Shown here piece after piece: positions 1-9,961 of a DNA stretch of 64,000 nt. The first letter of the stretch is position 1; every line of letters begins with the position of its first letter. The DNA lies in NCBI GenBank assembly GCA_008632985.1, contig QPGO01000210.1:14365-78364 (forward strand). The letters are read 5' to 3'. Made by a program: the position numbers and the translations under genes. Under the pieces are notes generated by a model. It did no database searches, was not told where the DNA came from, and saw nothing but the letters and a program-made list of their open reading frames with translations. The stretch comes from Psammoneis japonica (taxonomy: Eukaryota).

Positions 1-2376
1 GTTCGCGGCGATTTGCAGAAACACGGGATCGATTTTTTCGAGACCTGCGCGCCGGCAGTGCAATGGTCGTCCATGCGCCTTCTCCTCACCACGGTGCTCA
101 AGGAAGGTTGGACTGCACGTCAAGTGGACTGTGCTGCAGCCTTCTGCCAAGCTGATGTCAAGGAGAAGGTCTGTGTAGAGCCTCCCAAGGGTTTCCAGCC
201 AAAATCGGGTGCCGATCTGGCACCAAAATTGTTGAAAGGCCCACACGGCCTACGCCAGTCTCCCAAGTGCTTCTATGAAAAGCTGAGGGACGGATTGCTC
301 GAAAGAGGATGGATTCAATCCGCCATTGACCCTTGTCTTTATTTCAAAAAGGGTGTGTTGTGTGTGGCACATGTTGATGATGCCGTGTTCGCCGGCACAT
401 CGGCCCAAGCCTTGGAAGCAGAGATTGCCAAGTTGGGCATTTCTGATGATGAGCAACGCCATGTCTTTGATCTACGTGATGAAGGCGAAGTCGGCAACTT
501 TCTAGGTATCAAGATTCAAAAGCTCGAAGACGGCCGATTCCTCCTGACCCAACCCGGCCTAATTGAGAAAGTTCTCCGCACCGCACAGATGACCAAGTGC
601 AACGGCGCACCCACTCCTGCCTTGCCTGCTCCTGCTGGCAGCGACACCGACGGGCCACCGTTCGACGAGCCTTATGACTGCCGTTCCGTGGTCGGCATGC
701 TGATGCATCTAGCGTCCAACAGCCGCCCGGACATTGCTTGCGCGACCCATCAAGTCGCACGGTTCTCGACTTGTTCCAGACTTAGGTGGCGCGCAAATGC
801 CCCTTTTCGCAGAAAAAATAATTTTTTAATGCTTTATTGAACACCGTACATATTTAATAAAATTGATCATATCAATGGCTTCGAAGTAAAATAAACAGAA
901 TAAACTCGAACAAACAAACAGCCAAACCGGCCATGGCTTTCAGTGACCATGACGGCCCACTTTTTTCAGCCTTATGGAAAATTGAATGTCATGACCAGGA
1001 TCTCCGTATTTGATATAGTCTGTGTCATCAACAACAATAGTGAAAATGCTTGTTGAAGGCTGCAGCGCGGCACAATAATGCTAAATCTGTCAGCAACAAC
1101 AATTGAGCCTCTATTCACTCACAATTTGCCTCTAAGGACCATTTCTTTTCTATTACCATGTATATTTCCTCAATATATTCGACTGATTCAAGTGTATCAA
1201 TCGTTTATGCCTTTTAAACCGTGAAAAATGGTCCGAAGTCGACGCCATTGCGTGGGCTGAGCTACACTTCTTCTCACGTCGTCCTAAACTTATTAATCAG
1301 CGTATGCTTTATTCGATCCGTTGAGTGTAACTCGTATTTGCGTATATAAACAAAATATTAATTATGCTATGTTAAAGACTTAATTTATATATATTAATTT
1401 TATTTTATATGTTTCTTGTTACATTTAGGCATATATAAATCGCTCATCGGAAAATTCGAGCTCTCAACTTACGGTACAATTTAGCGACTAACAACCGAGT
1501 CCATCAACAGTTTCGAATACATGGGTACACGCACAAGACAATTCTGTATGTACCCATAACAACACATTTGTAAATTGTTATGTTTTTACTATCGAAAATG
1601 GTACCGCAAGTGTGGACCGCGCGTTTCATGCAAAAAGGGTCATTTTTTCGCGCGTGAGTGCACCTGAGTCTGGAACAAGTCTCTCCTGCGTACCCAAGGC
1701 CTCCCACGCTGTGGCCATCAAGCGCATTCTTCGTCACCTGAAGGATGCGGCCGACAAAGGACTTGTCCTAACTCCAACGGCCGATCAACGACTCGACTGC
1801 TATGTTGATGCTGATTTCGCGGGACTCTTCAGTGTTGAAGATGGACAAGATCCCACGTCTGTTGAGTCACGCACGGGACATGTCGTTCATCATGCAGGAT
1901 GTCCGATTGTCTGGGTGTCCAAGTTACAGACCCTCGTCACACTCTCCACCATGGAAGCCGAGTGTGTCGCCCTCTCCCAAGCGATGCGTGATCTCATCCC
2001 CCTTCGCGAGATCGTGAAGGAAATCAACGCGCTCGTTTTCGGACAGCCGGACAGACAGACCGATATTTCGACACATTCGAAGGCTTTCCGACACGCCAAC
2101 GATGGAACTGAGGATTCTCCCATTGACTCTACTAACCTCCCAGCATCCGTTGTGTACGAAGACAATGCTGCCTGCCTCCAATTCGCCCGCATGCCAAAAT
2201 TGTCCCCACGAACCAAGCACATCGGCATTCCCTGCCATTGGTTTCGCACTAAAGTTGAGGCTTTGGAGATCAAAATTGAGCCTGTGAGCTCAGCTGCACA
2301 GCTTGCTGACCAGTTTACTAAAGGATTGACTATTGATCTATTCCGTGCTGGTCGCAAAGCCCTCATGGGCTGGTGA
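1..2376 (+). mobile_element. Ty1/copia (CoDi-like) retrotransposon, 3' part of pol (RT + RNase H), truncated by the window edge and split by a 914-bp insertion
   Basis: The translation has copia RT/RNaseH motifs: FFET(C)APAV, (H)GLRQSP, (H)VDD, FLGIKI, RPDIA, YVDADFAG, WVSKLQ, STMEAE, YEDNAAC, RTKHI, QLADQFTK. Removing 768-1685 rejoins ARF-SCVPKASHAVAIKRI in frame. Confidence 0.95.
768..1681. mobile_element. Non-autonomous TIR DNA transposon (MITE-like), 914 bp, nested in the copia pol
   Basis: 21-bp TIRs GACTTGTTCCAGACTTAGGTG (768-788) and CACCTGAGTCTGGAACAAGTC (1661-1681) with 1 mismatch. 4-bp TSD TCTC (764-767 and 1682-1685). AT-rich interior with no convincing ORF. Confidence 0.92.
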
Positions 2377-2402
2377 CTGATGGTTCTCCTTCTCTTTTCG
2401 GT

Positions 2403-2717
2403 TGAGAGGGAGAGTCACGAGTCAACAACCGAGTCTGATTCACGGATGACGCTTCCGGTCATGGATCTCTTCTTCCGGAAGAAATGTCCGTTGAGTCTTC
2501 TAGCGATAGTAATCGGAGTGACACACACGACCGTTAGGTCATAATGTCATCTCCAATCCCTCGTGAGATCTTCTCACAATTCGTATCTTTAGCGTATCTT
2601 ATTGTCCCAAAACTACTTCTTATCATCCTCTGTTGTATTGTACAACCTCAAGAGAGTCCTGAACTCTCCATCCTACACAGTGTATTGTTGTATCCCAAGT
2701 CTGTCGATCCTCTCACA
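2403..2717 (+). repeat. Polypurine tract and probable 3' LTR of the first copia
   Basis: TGAGAGGGAG at 2403-2412 follows the pol stop and is identical to the PPT of the second copia. The LTR end (..CTCTCACA, ~2717) is a guess because the 5' LTR is outside the window. Confidence 0.55.
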
Positions 2718-4445
2718 GTTTCTATTTGTCGCAATGCTGCACCGTTTCGTAGGTGGTATGGAACAATGCCCATGCAAGCACCATTCGGTTTTTCACTTCT
2801 TGTTCTCGAGGTTGGCGTCGCAATGTATAAAAGCCATCAAGGACAACCACAACCTCATGCGTTTCACGGGCACTAAAATCTACGACAAAGACGTGCATCT
2901 ATCGTTCAGGACACGCAATCGGAGTCAAGATACTCAGAGTCTCCGTTAGGAAAATCACTCTTGTCGTAACTTGCATGATCGTCATTCGTAAAGACAGTAC
3001 GTACGATCCTTTTCGCCGTCGCTGCGTCACCAAAGGGCGGGCATGGACTCGCTGACGGCTGCGGGATGTACACGGAAAGAATTGCAACATGTTGTGTAAG
3101 GTGGCATAGTGCTGGGGTGGTACATTATTGTTTCCGCCATTCTGTGGGCCATGTATTGCTTATCCATATTCTTTTGCTCATTCGGTATGGATACCGGCTG
3201 CCGTTTGGTTATATATTATCAAACTCGATGGTAAAGGAGATACAGTTGTCGTCCTACATTGGGCTCGGTATCTTCGCAGGGCGGACGTTGCCAGCAGAAT
3301 GAGGTACTCAACATTTTCTCTGAGCGTATCATTACTTTGGCGGGGGCTTATGACTGTTGGTTTCTTGGAAAGAAATGAAGTGTAGGATTGTTCAACGCTG
3401 CCGATACTACTGTACCTACTACGACGTGGACGAGTATATCGACCTAAAGAGAGTGAGAACAGTAGTTCATTGATTGTTGGTGGCTCGCCATGTCCTTTTT
3501 CATATGGCAACATTATGGGTTGGGGGAGCGAATATACTCAACCAATGTCTGGGCGTAGCGCCTTTGTCGGGTACAGGCTTGCCGTAGTGCGTTTATTCTG
3601 GATACAGAATTGGTACGGAAGAGAGAAGGAATGAAGCTAGCCCAACTGACGGCTTTACTGGTCTGTCGAGAGATTTTCTTGCAGAAGAAGAGTGCAACTA
3701 CTGGTATATGCAAGGGTTCTCGCTGTATGAATACGCATACGCTAACAAGAATGCTTCAACGAGGAATAACACCGGTGACGACGAGCAGCGTGGAGCCTAT
3801 TCAGCATGTATTGATCGCTCCGTCTTGTGTAAGTACTCGTGGATGACCTGTGTATTGAAGGAACCTCACTATTTGTACATTGTCGCACTCACTAGTATTT
3901 TTATATTGAATGATTATACGGATACTGCAGTCGCATCGGCTATAATGCGTTTCGTCCTCAAACCCTACTATATCGCAAGAGCAATTCTGTCGCCCGGCCA
4001 AAGACTTGCTGTGAAGAATACGCCTGCCTCTTGCCCATACCCGCGAGAATGACAATTGCGCCACAACAATAAGCCGTGGTGGTACTTGATGTGTATGCTC
4101 GTGGCCTATGCAGCTTTCGATGCCGGCATAGTATCTGTGATAATGAGGAGGTCTGGATAATTCGTCAATGTCGATCATCAACCAAAGTGTCGATTGCTCC
4201 TTGCGACTGTTGCGAAGGTGATGTCATTTTTGTGAATCCCCGTACGCTACGACATCCGTCGTACGTCAATAATGTGGGGCATCTTCCGTATGTAGCTTGG
4301 CAGCCTGCATCTGCAACTAGATATGTTGGGTTTCAACAATTGTACAAGGAGGATTCAATTGAAGCAGATGTAATGCCTTTCTAGTTGTTATTACTTTATG
4401 AAAAAAATAGACAAATCATTTACATGCATTACACTACGAAACTGT

Positions 4446-5924
4446 TCACACCGCAAACACTTCCTGCGATCGTCGCCCTCGCTTCCGACTCCACTCAAAA
4501 CCGATGCTGTCGAGTTTTGCAACGCGATCATCTTCCAACTCGCCTTTTGCTTGCAGCTTGCGTTGTTTGTTCACCCATCTTCCAAGCTGGGGATTTTCCT
4601 TGTAACCTTGCGGAACATTGCAGTTGCCATGTTCATTTTTGTACTCGATCAATTCATCAAATCTTTGTTCCCATCCAGCATCTTGCGGGTTCCAATCAAA
4701 TCCAATTTCGTCAAGTCGTTCCTTGCGGCAGTCTGACAACTCGCCTTTTGCTTGCAGCACGCGTTGTTTGTTCACCCATCTTCCAAGCTGGGGATTTTCC
4801 TTGTAACCTCGCGGAACATTGCAGTTGCCATCATGTTCATTTTTGCACTCGATCAATTCATCAAATCGTTGATCCCATCCAGCATCTTGCGGGTTCCAAA
4901 CAAATCCAATTTCAACAAGTCGTTCTTTGCGGCAGTCTGACAACTCGTCTTTTGCTTGCAGCTTGCGTTGTTTGTTCACCCATTGCCCAAGCTGGGGATT
5001 TTCCTTGTAACCTCGCGGAACATTGCAGTTGCCATGTCCATTTTTGTACTCGATCAATTCATCAAATCGTTGATCCCATCCAGCATCTTGCGGGTTCCAA
5101 ACAAATCCAATTTCAACAAGTCGTTCTTTGCGGCAGTCTGACAACTCGTCTTTTGCTTGCAGCTTGCGTTGTGTGTCCACCCATTGCCCAAGCTGGGGAT
5201 TTTCCTTGTAACGTTGTGGAACATTGCAGTTGCCATGTTCATTTTTGTACTCGATCAATTCATCAAATCTTTGTTCCCATCCAGCATCTTGCGGGTTCCA
5301 ATCAAATCCAATTTCGTCAAGTCGTTCCTTGCGGGAGGTTGACAACTCGTCTTTTGCTTGCAGCGTGCGTTGTGTCTCCACCCAATTCCCTAGCTGGGGA
5401 TTTTTCTCGTAACGATGCGGAACCTTGCAGTCACCGTGAGTTTCCCGATACGACACCAGCTCCAGATACTTAATGTTCCATCTTTCTTCTTGAGGCTTCC
5501 AAACAAAGCCAATGCTGTTGAGCTTCTCGATTCTGACAGGGGAAAGTTTGTTTTGCTTCTTCTTCTCTCGCTGATTATTGACCCATGTGGCAAGCTGTTT
5601 CTTTGGCTTGTATCGAGGTGAAATTTTTGTATGCTTGGCAAAGTACTTGCCTTTACGTTTCACAAGGCAATGACTGTGTCGAGCCTTGAACTCCTTCAAT
5701 GCCGCAAAACGAGCATTCCAAGCGTCCTGAGCGGGACGAGGCGCTGGAGGAGGCATGTTATATAAATCTTCTTCATCTTCCTCGGTCCAAAAATCGCTTT
5801 CAGGAGCGAAGTCGCTGTTAGCGGTAACATCAGACTCCTCCTGGGCTGCATCTACACGGCTAAAGAGGGGTTTTCTTGGATCACGTCGAGCATTGCGTCC
5901 AGGGTTGCGTCGGTGGCGCGGCAT
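4446..5924 (-). CDS. Helicase-associated (HA) repeat protein, about 6 tandem ~67-aa HA domains
   Basis: 492-aa ORF with repeats W-EQRFDELIEYKNEHGNCNVP-GY-ENPQLG-WV-KQR...RKERLDEIGF-W, matching the Pfam HA pattern that is expanded in diatoms. Near-identical ~201-bp DNA repeats lie at 4500-5400. Confidence 0.92.
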   Translation of the reverse strand: MPRHRRNPGRNARRDPRKPLFSRVDAAQEESDVTANSDFAPESDFWTEEDEEDLYNMPPPAPRPAQDAWNARFAALKEFKARHSHCLVKRKGKYFAKHTKISPRYKPKKQLATWVNNQREKKKQNKLSPVRIEKLNSIGFVWKPQEERWNIKYLELVSYRETHGDCKVPHRYEKNPQLGNWVETQRTLQAKDELSTSRKERLDEIGFDWNPQDAGWEQRFDELIEYKNEHGNCNVPQRYKENPQLGQWVDTQRKLQAKDELSDCRKERLVEIGFVWNPQDAGWDQRFDELIEYKNGHGNCNVPRGYKENPQLGQWVNKQRKLQAKDELSDCRKERLVEIGFVWNPQDAGWDQRFDELIECKNEHDGNCNVPRGYKENPQLGRWVNKQRVLQAKGELSDCRKERLDEIGFDWNPQDAGWEQRFDELIEYKNEHGNCNVPQGYKENPQLGRWVNKQRKLQAKGELEDDRVAKLDSIGFEWSRKRGRRSQEVFAV

Positions 5925-6226
5925 GGTGAATTGTAATAACGCAATCGAGTTGACAGCGAAACGGGATTAATGAACGCTTCAACAAACAACGAACGATAGT
6001 GTGAGGAGCAGCTGCTGTACAAGACTCATCATCTGCGTGCGTTTGATCGACAATCGCTCAAAAATTTGGTTGATTGCCGGCGATACTTCAAACGAGCAAG
6101 CCGCCACAACGGGCAAGCGAAACGATCCACTTGCACTTCTGTAGTCATACACCGGTATGGCTATCTCGCACCACACAACGTCAACCGTTACAAATCTATC
6201 TACGGTGTTCCAGGTGGCTTGACAAG

Positions 6227-6999
6227 TAGGGCTACCCTCTCTAGAGCTAGTAGAGCTACTCTCTACTCTAGCTCTACTCTCTAGCTACTCTCCTAGTAGC
6301 TAGAGTAGAGAGCTAGTAGCTACCGGTAGTAGTAGTCTACAGTATGAGTTGAGACGACTGCAACTTCTAGAGTAGAGTCTCTAGTTTTTACATATAAGCA
6401 GTGATTCGGGGAGCAGTGTCAGTGCAGTAACTAGAGCGTTCCGAAATGCTTCTACTAGCTAGAATTCCGTTCCTTTCTCTTCTTCTTTCTCCTTTTCTAC
6501 CTTCTTTCTCTTCCGTAACCTGGGCTCTCGGGCGGGTACATAGTTTCCCCACTCTCGGGTGGAGGACTCTCGAGATCGGATGCACTCCTGGAACTTTGGC
6601 AGGGCTACTCTCATTGGCTCTAGCTAGCTACTTCTAGCTAGAGAGCCTACTCTACTCTAGCTAGAGTGGAGCTAGTAGGGAGCTAGTAGCTACCGGTAGT
6701 AGTAGTCTACAGTACTAGACTATGAGTTGAGACGACTGCAACTTCTAGCTACTAGAGTAGAGTCGCCTAGTTTTTACATAAACAGTGATGCGGGAAGTAG
6801 GGTCAGCTCAGTGCTCTAGCTAGTAGAGCTCCGAAATGTGTCTAGTAGCTAGAATTCATCCGTTCGCCGCTCCTTTCTCTTCTTCTTTCTCTTTTTCTTC
6901 CTTCGTTTCTTCTCCGAGTAATCTGGGCTCTCGGGTGGGTACATAGTGTCCCCACTCTCAGGCGGAGGACTCTCGAGGTCGGATACACTCCTGGAACTT
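6227..6999. repeat. CTAG/TAG-rich low-complexity tract containing a tandem duplication of the neighbouring gene's 3' end
   Basis: 6311-6596 resembles 6681-6999, including a diverged copy of the last codons of CDS 6849-8099. Both copies carry the palindrome CTACCGGTAG and dense CTAG/GTAG/CTAC words. Confidence 0.85.
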
Positions 7000-8099
7000 C
7001 GTCTTTGCTCTTCGTCATGCGCCACGAAACCCGTGGACCTCCCAATGTCCCGGAACGTGCGTCGAACAAATTTCTTGACTTTTCGTTTATTCCCCACATA
7101 GTACGCAAGGCTTCCAAGAAATAGTCCCATCAAGAGTGCCACGGTCGAAATAATTCGTAACGGTACAGTCACTGCCTTGCCAAATCGTACCGTAAAGACA
7201 TTCCCCGTGATGGCATTGAGATAGGCTCGTTTGATACCGTAGGGGTCAGGACACTGTTCACCATAGATATCCAGATCACACGCGGTACTTGTTTGAAGCA
7301 ATGTTTCTGCAAACGAACCATATGTCGTGGAGGAAGAGTAGCCGTCGTCATTCTCGTCTTCTAATCGCCTGGTAACGTACGTATTATAATCCCATACTTT
7401 TTCGCACGTCACCTTGTTCATGGCACGGTTGAATTGTTTCATATTGTTGGAATCATCACTGAGTGTTTTGTTGATAAAATACGCCCCATTGCAATAATTA
7501 TCGGAAAAGAGTGCCATGACGTACTTGCCCGAATGGTCGAGAGCACACCCCATGGTGGTCGATGATGCCATGTCGTCATCGACATTGTTGGGTTGCGAAC
7601 AATACGATAGGCCGTATCCGTTGTCGTTCTCTCCAAAACTACCAAGCCCCAGTCCATCTGAAATTGTATCGGCACCCATAAAGGTAAAGAATGTGTTGAT
7701 ATACGTTTTTCTGGAACAGCTCCAACCAAAGTTACGGCTTGATTTCAAAACACCATAGATGGAATACGCCGCATTGGCCCCAAACGAGGTGGTCCGACCC
7801 TGATACCAATTTTCATCTCCATCGCGATACTCTCCATCATCATCAAAGGCATCAATACCAAATTCGGACCAAGCGCAACCGTGATGTTGAATATAGAGAG
7901 ACTCAAATTCGGTAATATCCTCGAGCAAATTACTGGCATCACTCCAATACATTCGAAATTTTCGCGGTGGTTTGCCGTCAGCCCATGGTGCGTTCGGATC
8001 CCTCTCGGCTGAACATAATGTCGACAACAAGATTATTATGAGAATTGGCAGCGTAGACCTCATGATGATGTTTATCCGAAACGCCGCCGCCGCCGCCAT
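6849..8099 (-). CDS. Single-pass membrane protein, Cys/Asp-rich, with an RXL motif (diatom-type; function unknown)
   Basis: 416-aa ORF with a signal peptide (LPILIIILLSTLCSA), Cys-rich luminal region, TRRLEDENDD, one TM segment (IISTVALLMGLFLGSLAYYV) and a basic tail. Confidence 0.85.
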   Translation of the reverse strand: MAAAAAFRINIIMRSTLPILIIILLSTLCSAERDPNAPWADGKPPRKFRMYWSDASNLLEDITEFESLYIQHHGCAWSEFGIDAFDDDGEYRDGDENWYQGRTTSFGANAAYSIYGVLKSSRNFGWSCSRKTYINTFFTFMGADTISDGLGLGSFGENDNGYGLSYCSQPNNVDDDMASSTTMGCALDHSGKYVMALFSDNYCNGAYFINKTLSDDSNNMKQFNRAMNKVTCEKVWDYNTYVTRRLEDENDDGYSSSTTYGSFAETLLQTSTACDLDIYGEQCPDPYGIKRAYLNAITGNVFTVRFGKAVTVPLRIISTVALLMGLFLGSLAYYVGNKRKVKKFVRRTFRDIGRSTGFVAHDEEQRRSSRSVSDLESPPPESGDTMYPPESPDYSEKKRRKKKRKKKRKERRTDEF

Positions 8100-8386
8100 G
8101 GTTGAAGAATGAGTGTTGATGCGATTGTTCGTTGCAACACAAAAAATGAGGTTTATACTTATTCAAAGACATATATCACATTGGATCCCAAAAATTCCAA
8201 AAATTTTGTGCGGGACTGGATTTTACAAGCTCATACGTACCCTAAGATTTTAATTTTCTCATTATTCTCAATACTTCAACAGAAACAATATTCCTTACTA
8301 TTCAGCCATACATGATTGATATATTTATCCATGTAAAATGTCTCATCCATTTTCACATGTGTTTTAGAAATTTAGAATCATCCACC

Positions 8387-9922
8387 ATGATGACGCTTGC
8401 CGTAGCCATCCTTCTTGTTGCCGCCATGGCTGTAGCCCAGGCCAAATTCATTCGTAAATCGGATCTTGCTCCTTTTGAAAACAATTGGATATCGTTAAAT
8501 CCCAATGTCGCATTTGTCGCAGCCGCCAACATGGCAGAACATGTTTCAGATCCAACACTGCGACGTCAGTTGCAAAACACAAAACGACGACTCGAATCCG
8601 AATCGTCTTCCATTTACACATCACATTCCTTTGTCGAGGGTGAATCGGAATACGATGAATACCAACAAGCATGGCGTTTTTTGGGATGGATGATTGATTG
8701 TGGAGAGGGCTACGATGATGATGGAGACGGAGGCGGTAGTAGCTTTGATGGTACCGGTGAGGGTTGTGCACGTTTTCTCTTGTGGGCAGCTTATATTGAT
8801 TTGGATTATACCGGTGGGGGGATTGGGGAATATCAATATTGGGATCGTAGTACAAAATCGTGGGATGCATCGCCTTGTAATTATAGACAAGAGGGAAGTG
8901 GAGATAACAACAATGGGGGAAACAATAATAACGGTGATGAAAATGATGAAGACTACAATGAATACGGCGAACGCTGTGCCAAAATGGATTGTCATTTGGA
9001 AGACACACATTATTCCTTACTTGGTTTTTATAAACATGTTTCTCACGATGATTGGATGGAACAAGTAAGTAAAAGGGAGAATACTGCTGTGAATTATGAT
9101 TGATCATTGCGATTTGCTTAACTCGTCTCCATGAATTTATATCATGTCACACAGCTCTTCAAACACGAGGGAATGTGTGTATGGAACGAGGAGCAATATG
9201 CATTCATGAAGACTGCCCGTAAAGCATGGCCCCAAGGTTGCGCCGCGTCTAGTAGTACGACCGCCAGTGGAAAGACCATTTATTACGACATCAAGCCCAC
9301 AAGCGGCGGCCGCATGGATATTGGGCTCTACACGGATACCAAATGTCTCAAGGAATACCATGGCGCATCCGTCGAAGGCGTTCTTGGAAATTTCTTTGCA
9401 GATCAAGAGGCCAGTGGCTCGCAAGACTATAGTGCGTATGACTTTAGTGATTGGAGCCTCAAGCAATCCTTTAGCTATTGGGAAGATGCCTTTGCGGAAT
9501 GGGAAATTTGTCATCCGTGCGTTGCCTACGACTTGACCAATGTCGGTGATAATCTTCATTCCGCCTATGGCGACGATGATCAGTACAATGACGAAGAACC
9601 GGAAAATTTCGATTGTTACGATGACGCGGGATACACCAATGTCAATCAGTGCATGAAATTCATGGCCAAAACCGACATGAGAGCCGCAACCTTTCAAGAT
9701 TTGAGTCTTGCCAGTCGACAGGGGAGCATGGTCCAGAATGTGGCCGTAGAAGGGTTCAAGGACCGGTCGAGAAAAATTACAGCAGCGTCGACGTGGTTTA
9801 CCACCATTTTCTTTGTCCTTTCCATTGCCGCCCTCCTTGGGGGGTTGTTTATGTTTGTCAAGGCTCGAAAAGATGCAAAGAATGCTCCGAAGTTCTTGCA
9901 GAAACCATTGGTATATGCATAG
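8387..9922 (+). CDS. Type-I membrane protein with RXL motifs and an acidic/Asn-rich Cys domain (diatom-type; silicanin-like architecture), 2 exons
   Basis: Signal peptide MMTLAVAILLVAAMAVAQA and motif RRQL..KRRLE. Intron 9065-9154 (GTAAGT..CAG) joins DDWMEQ|LFKHEG in frame. C-terminal TM segment with a short tail. Confidence 0.88.
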
Positions 9923-9961
9923 TCTAGATAGTGATGATAGTATCTCACCATGTCTAAACCA

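Noticed and set aside
2720..4380. Short ORFs between the copia LTR and the HA gene
   Set aside because: No recognisable motif or consistent exon structure; left unannotated.
4385..5473. 362-aa antisense ORF and regular repeats that could be mistaken for a CRISPR-like array
   Set aside because: They are the HA-domain coding repeats of the minus-strand gene, with no repeat-spacer structure.
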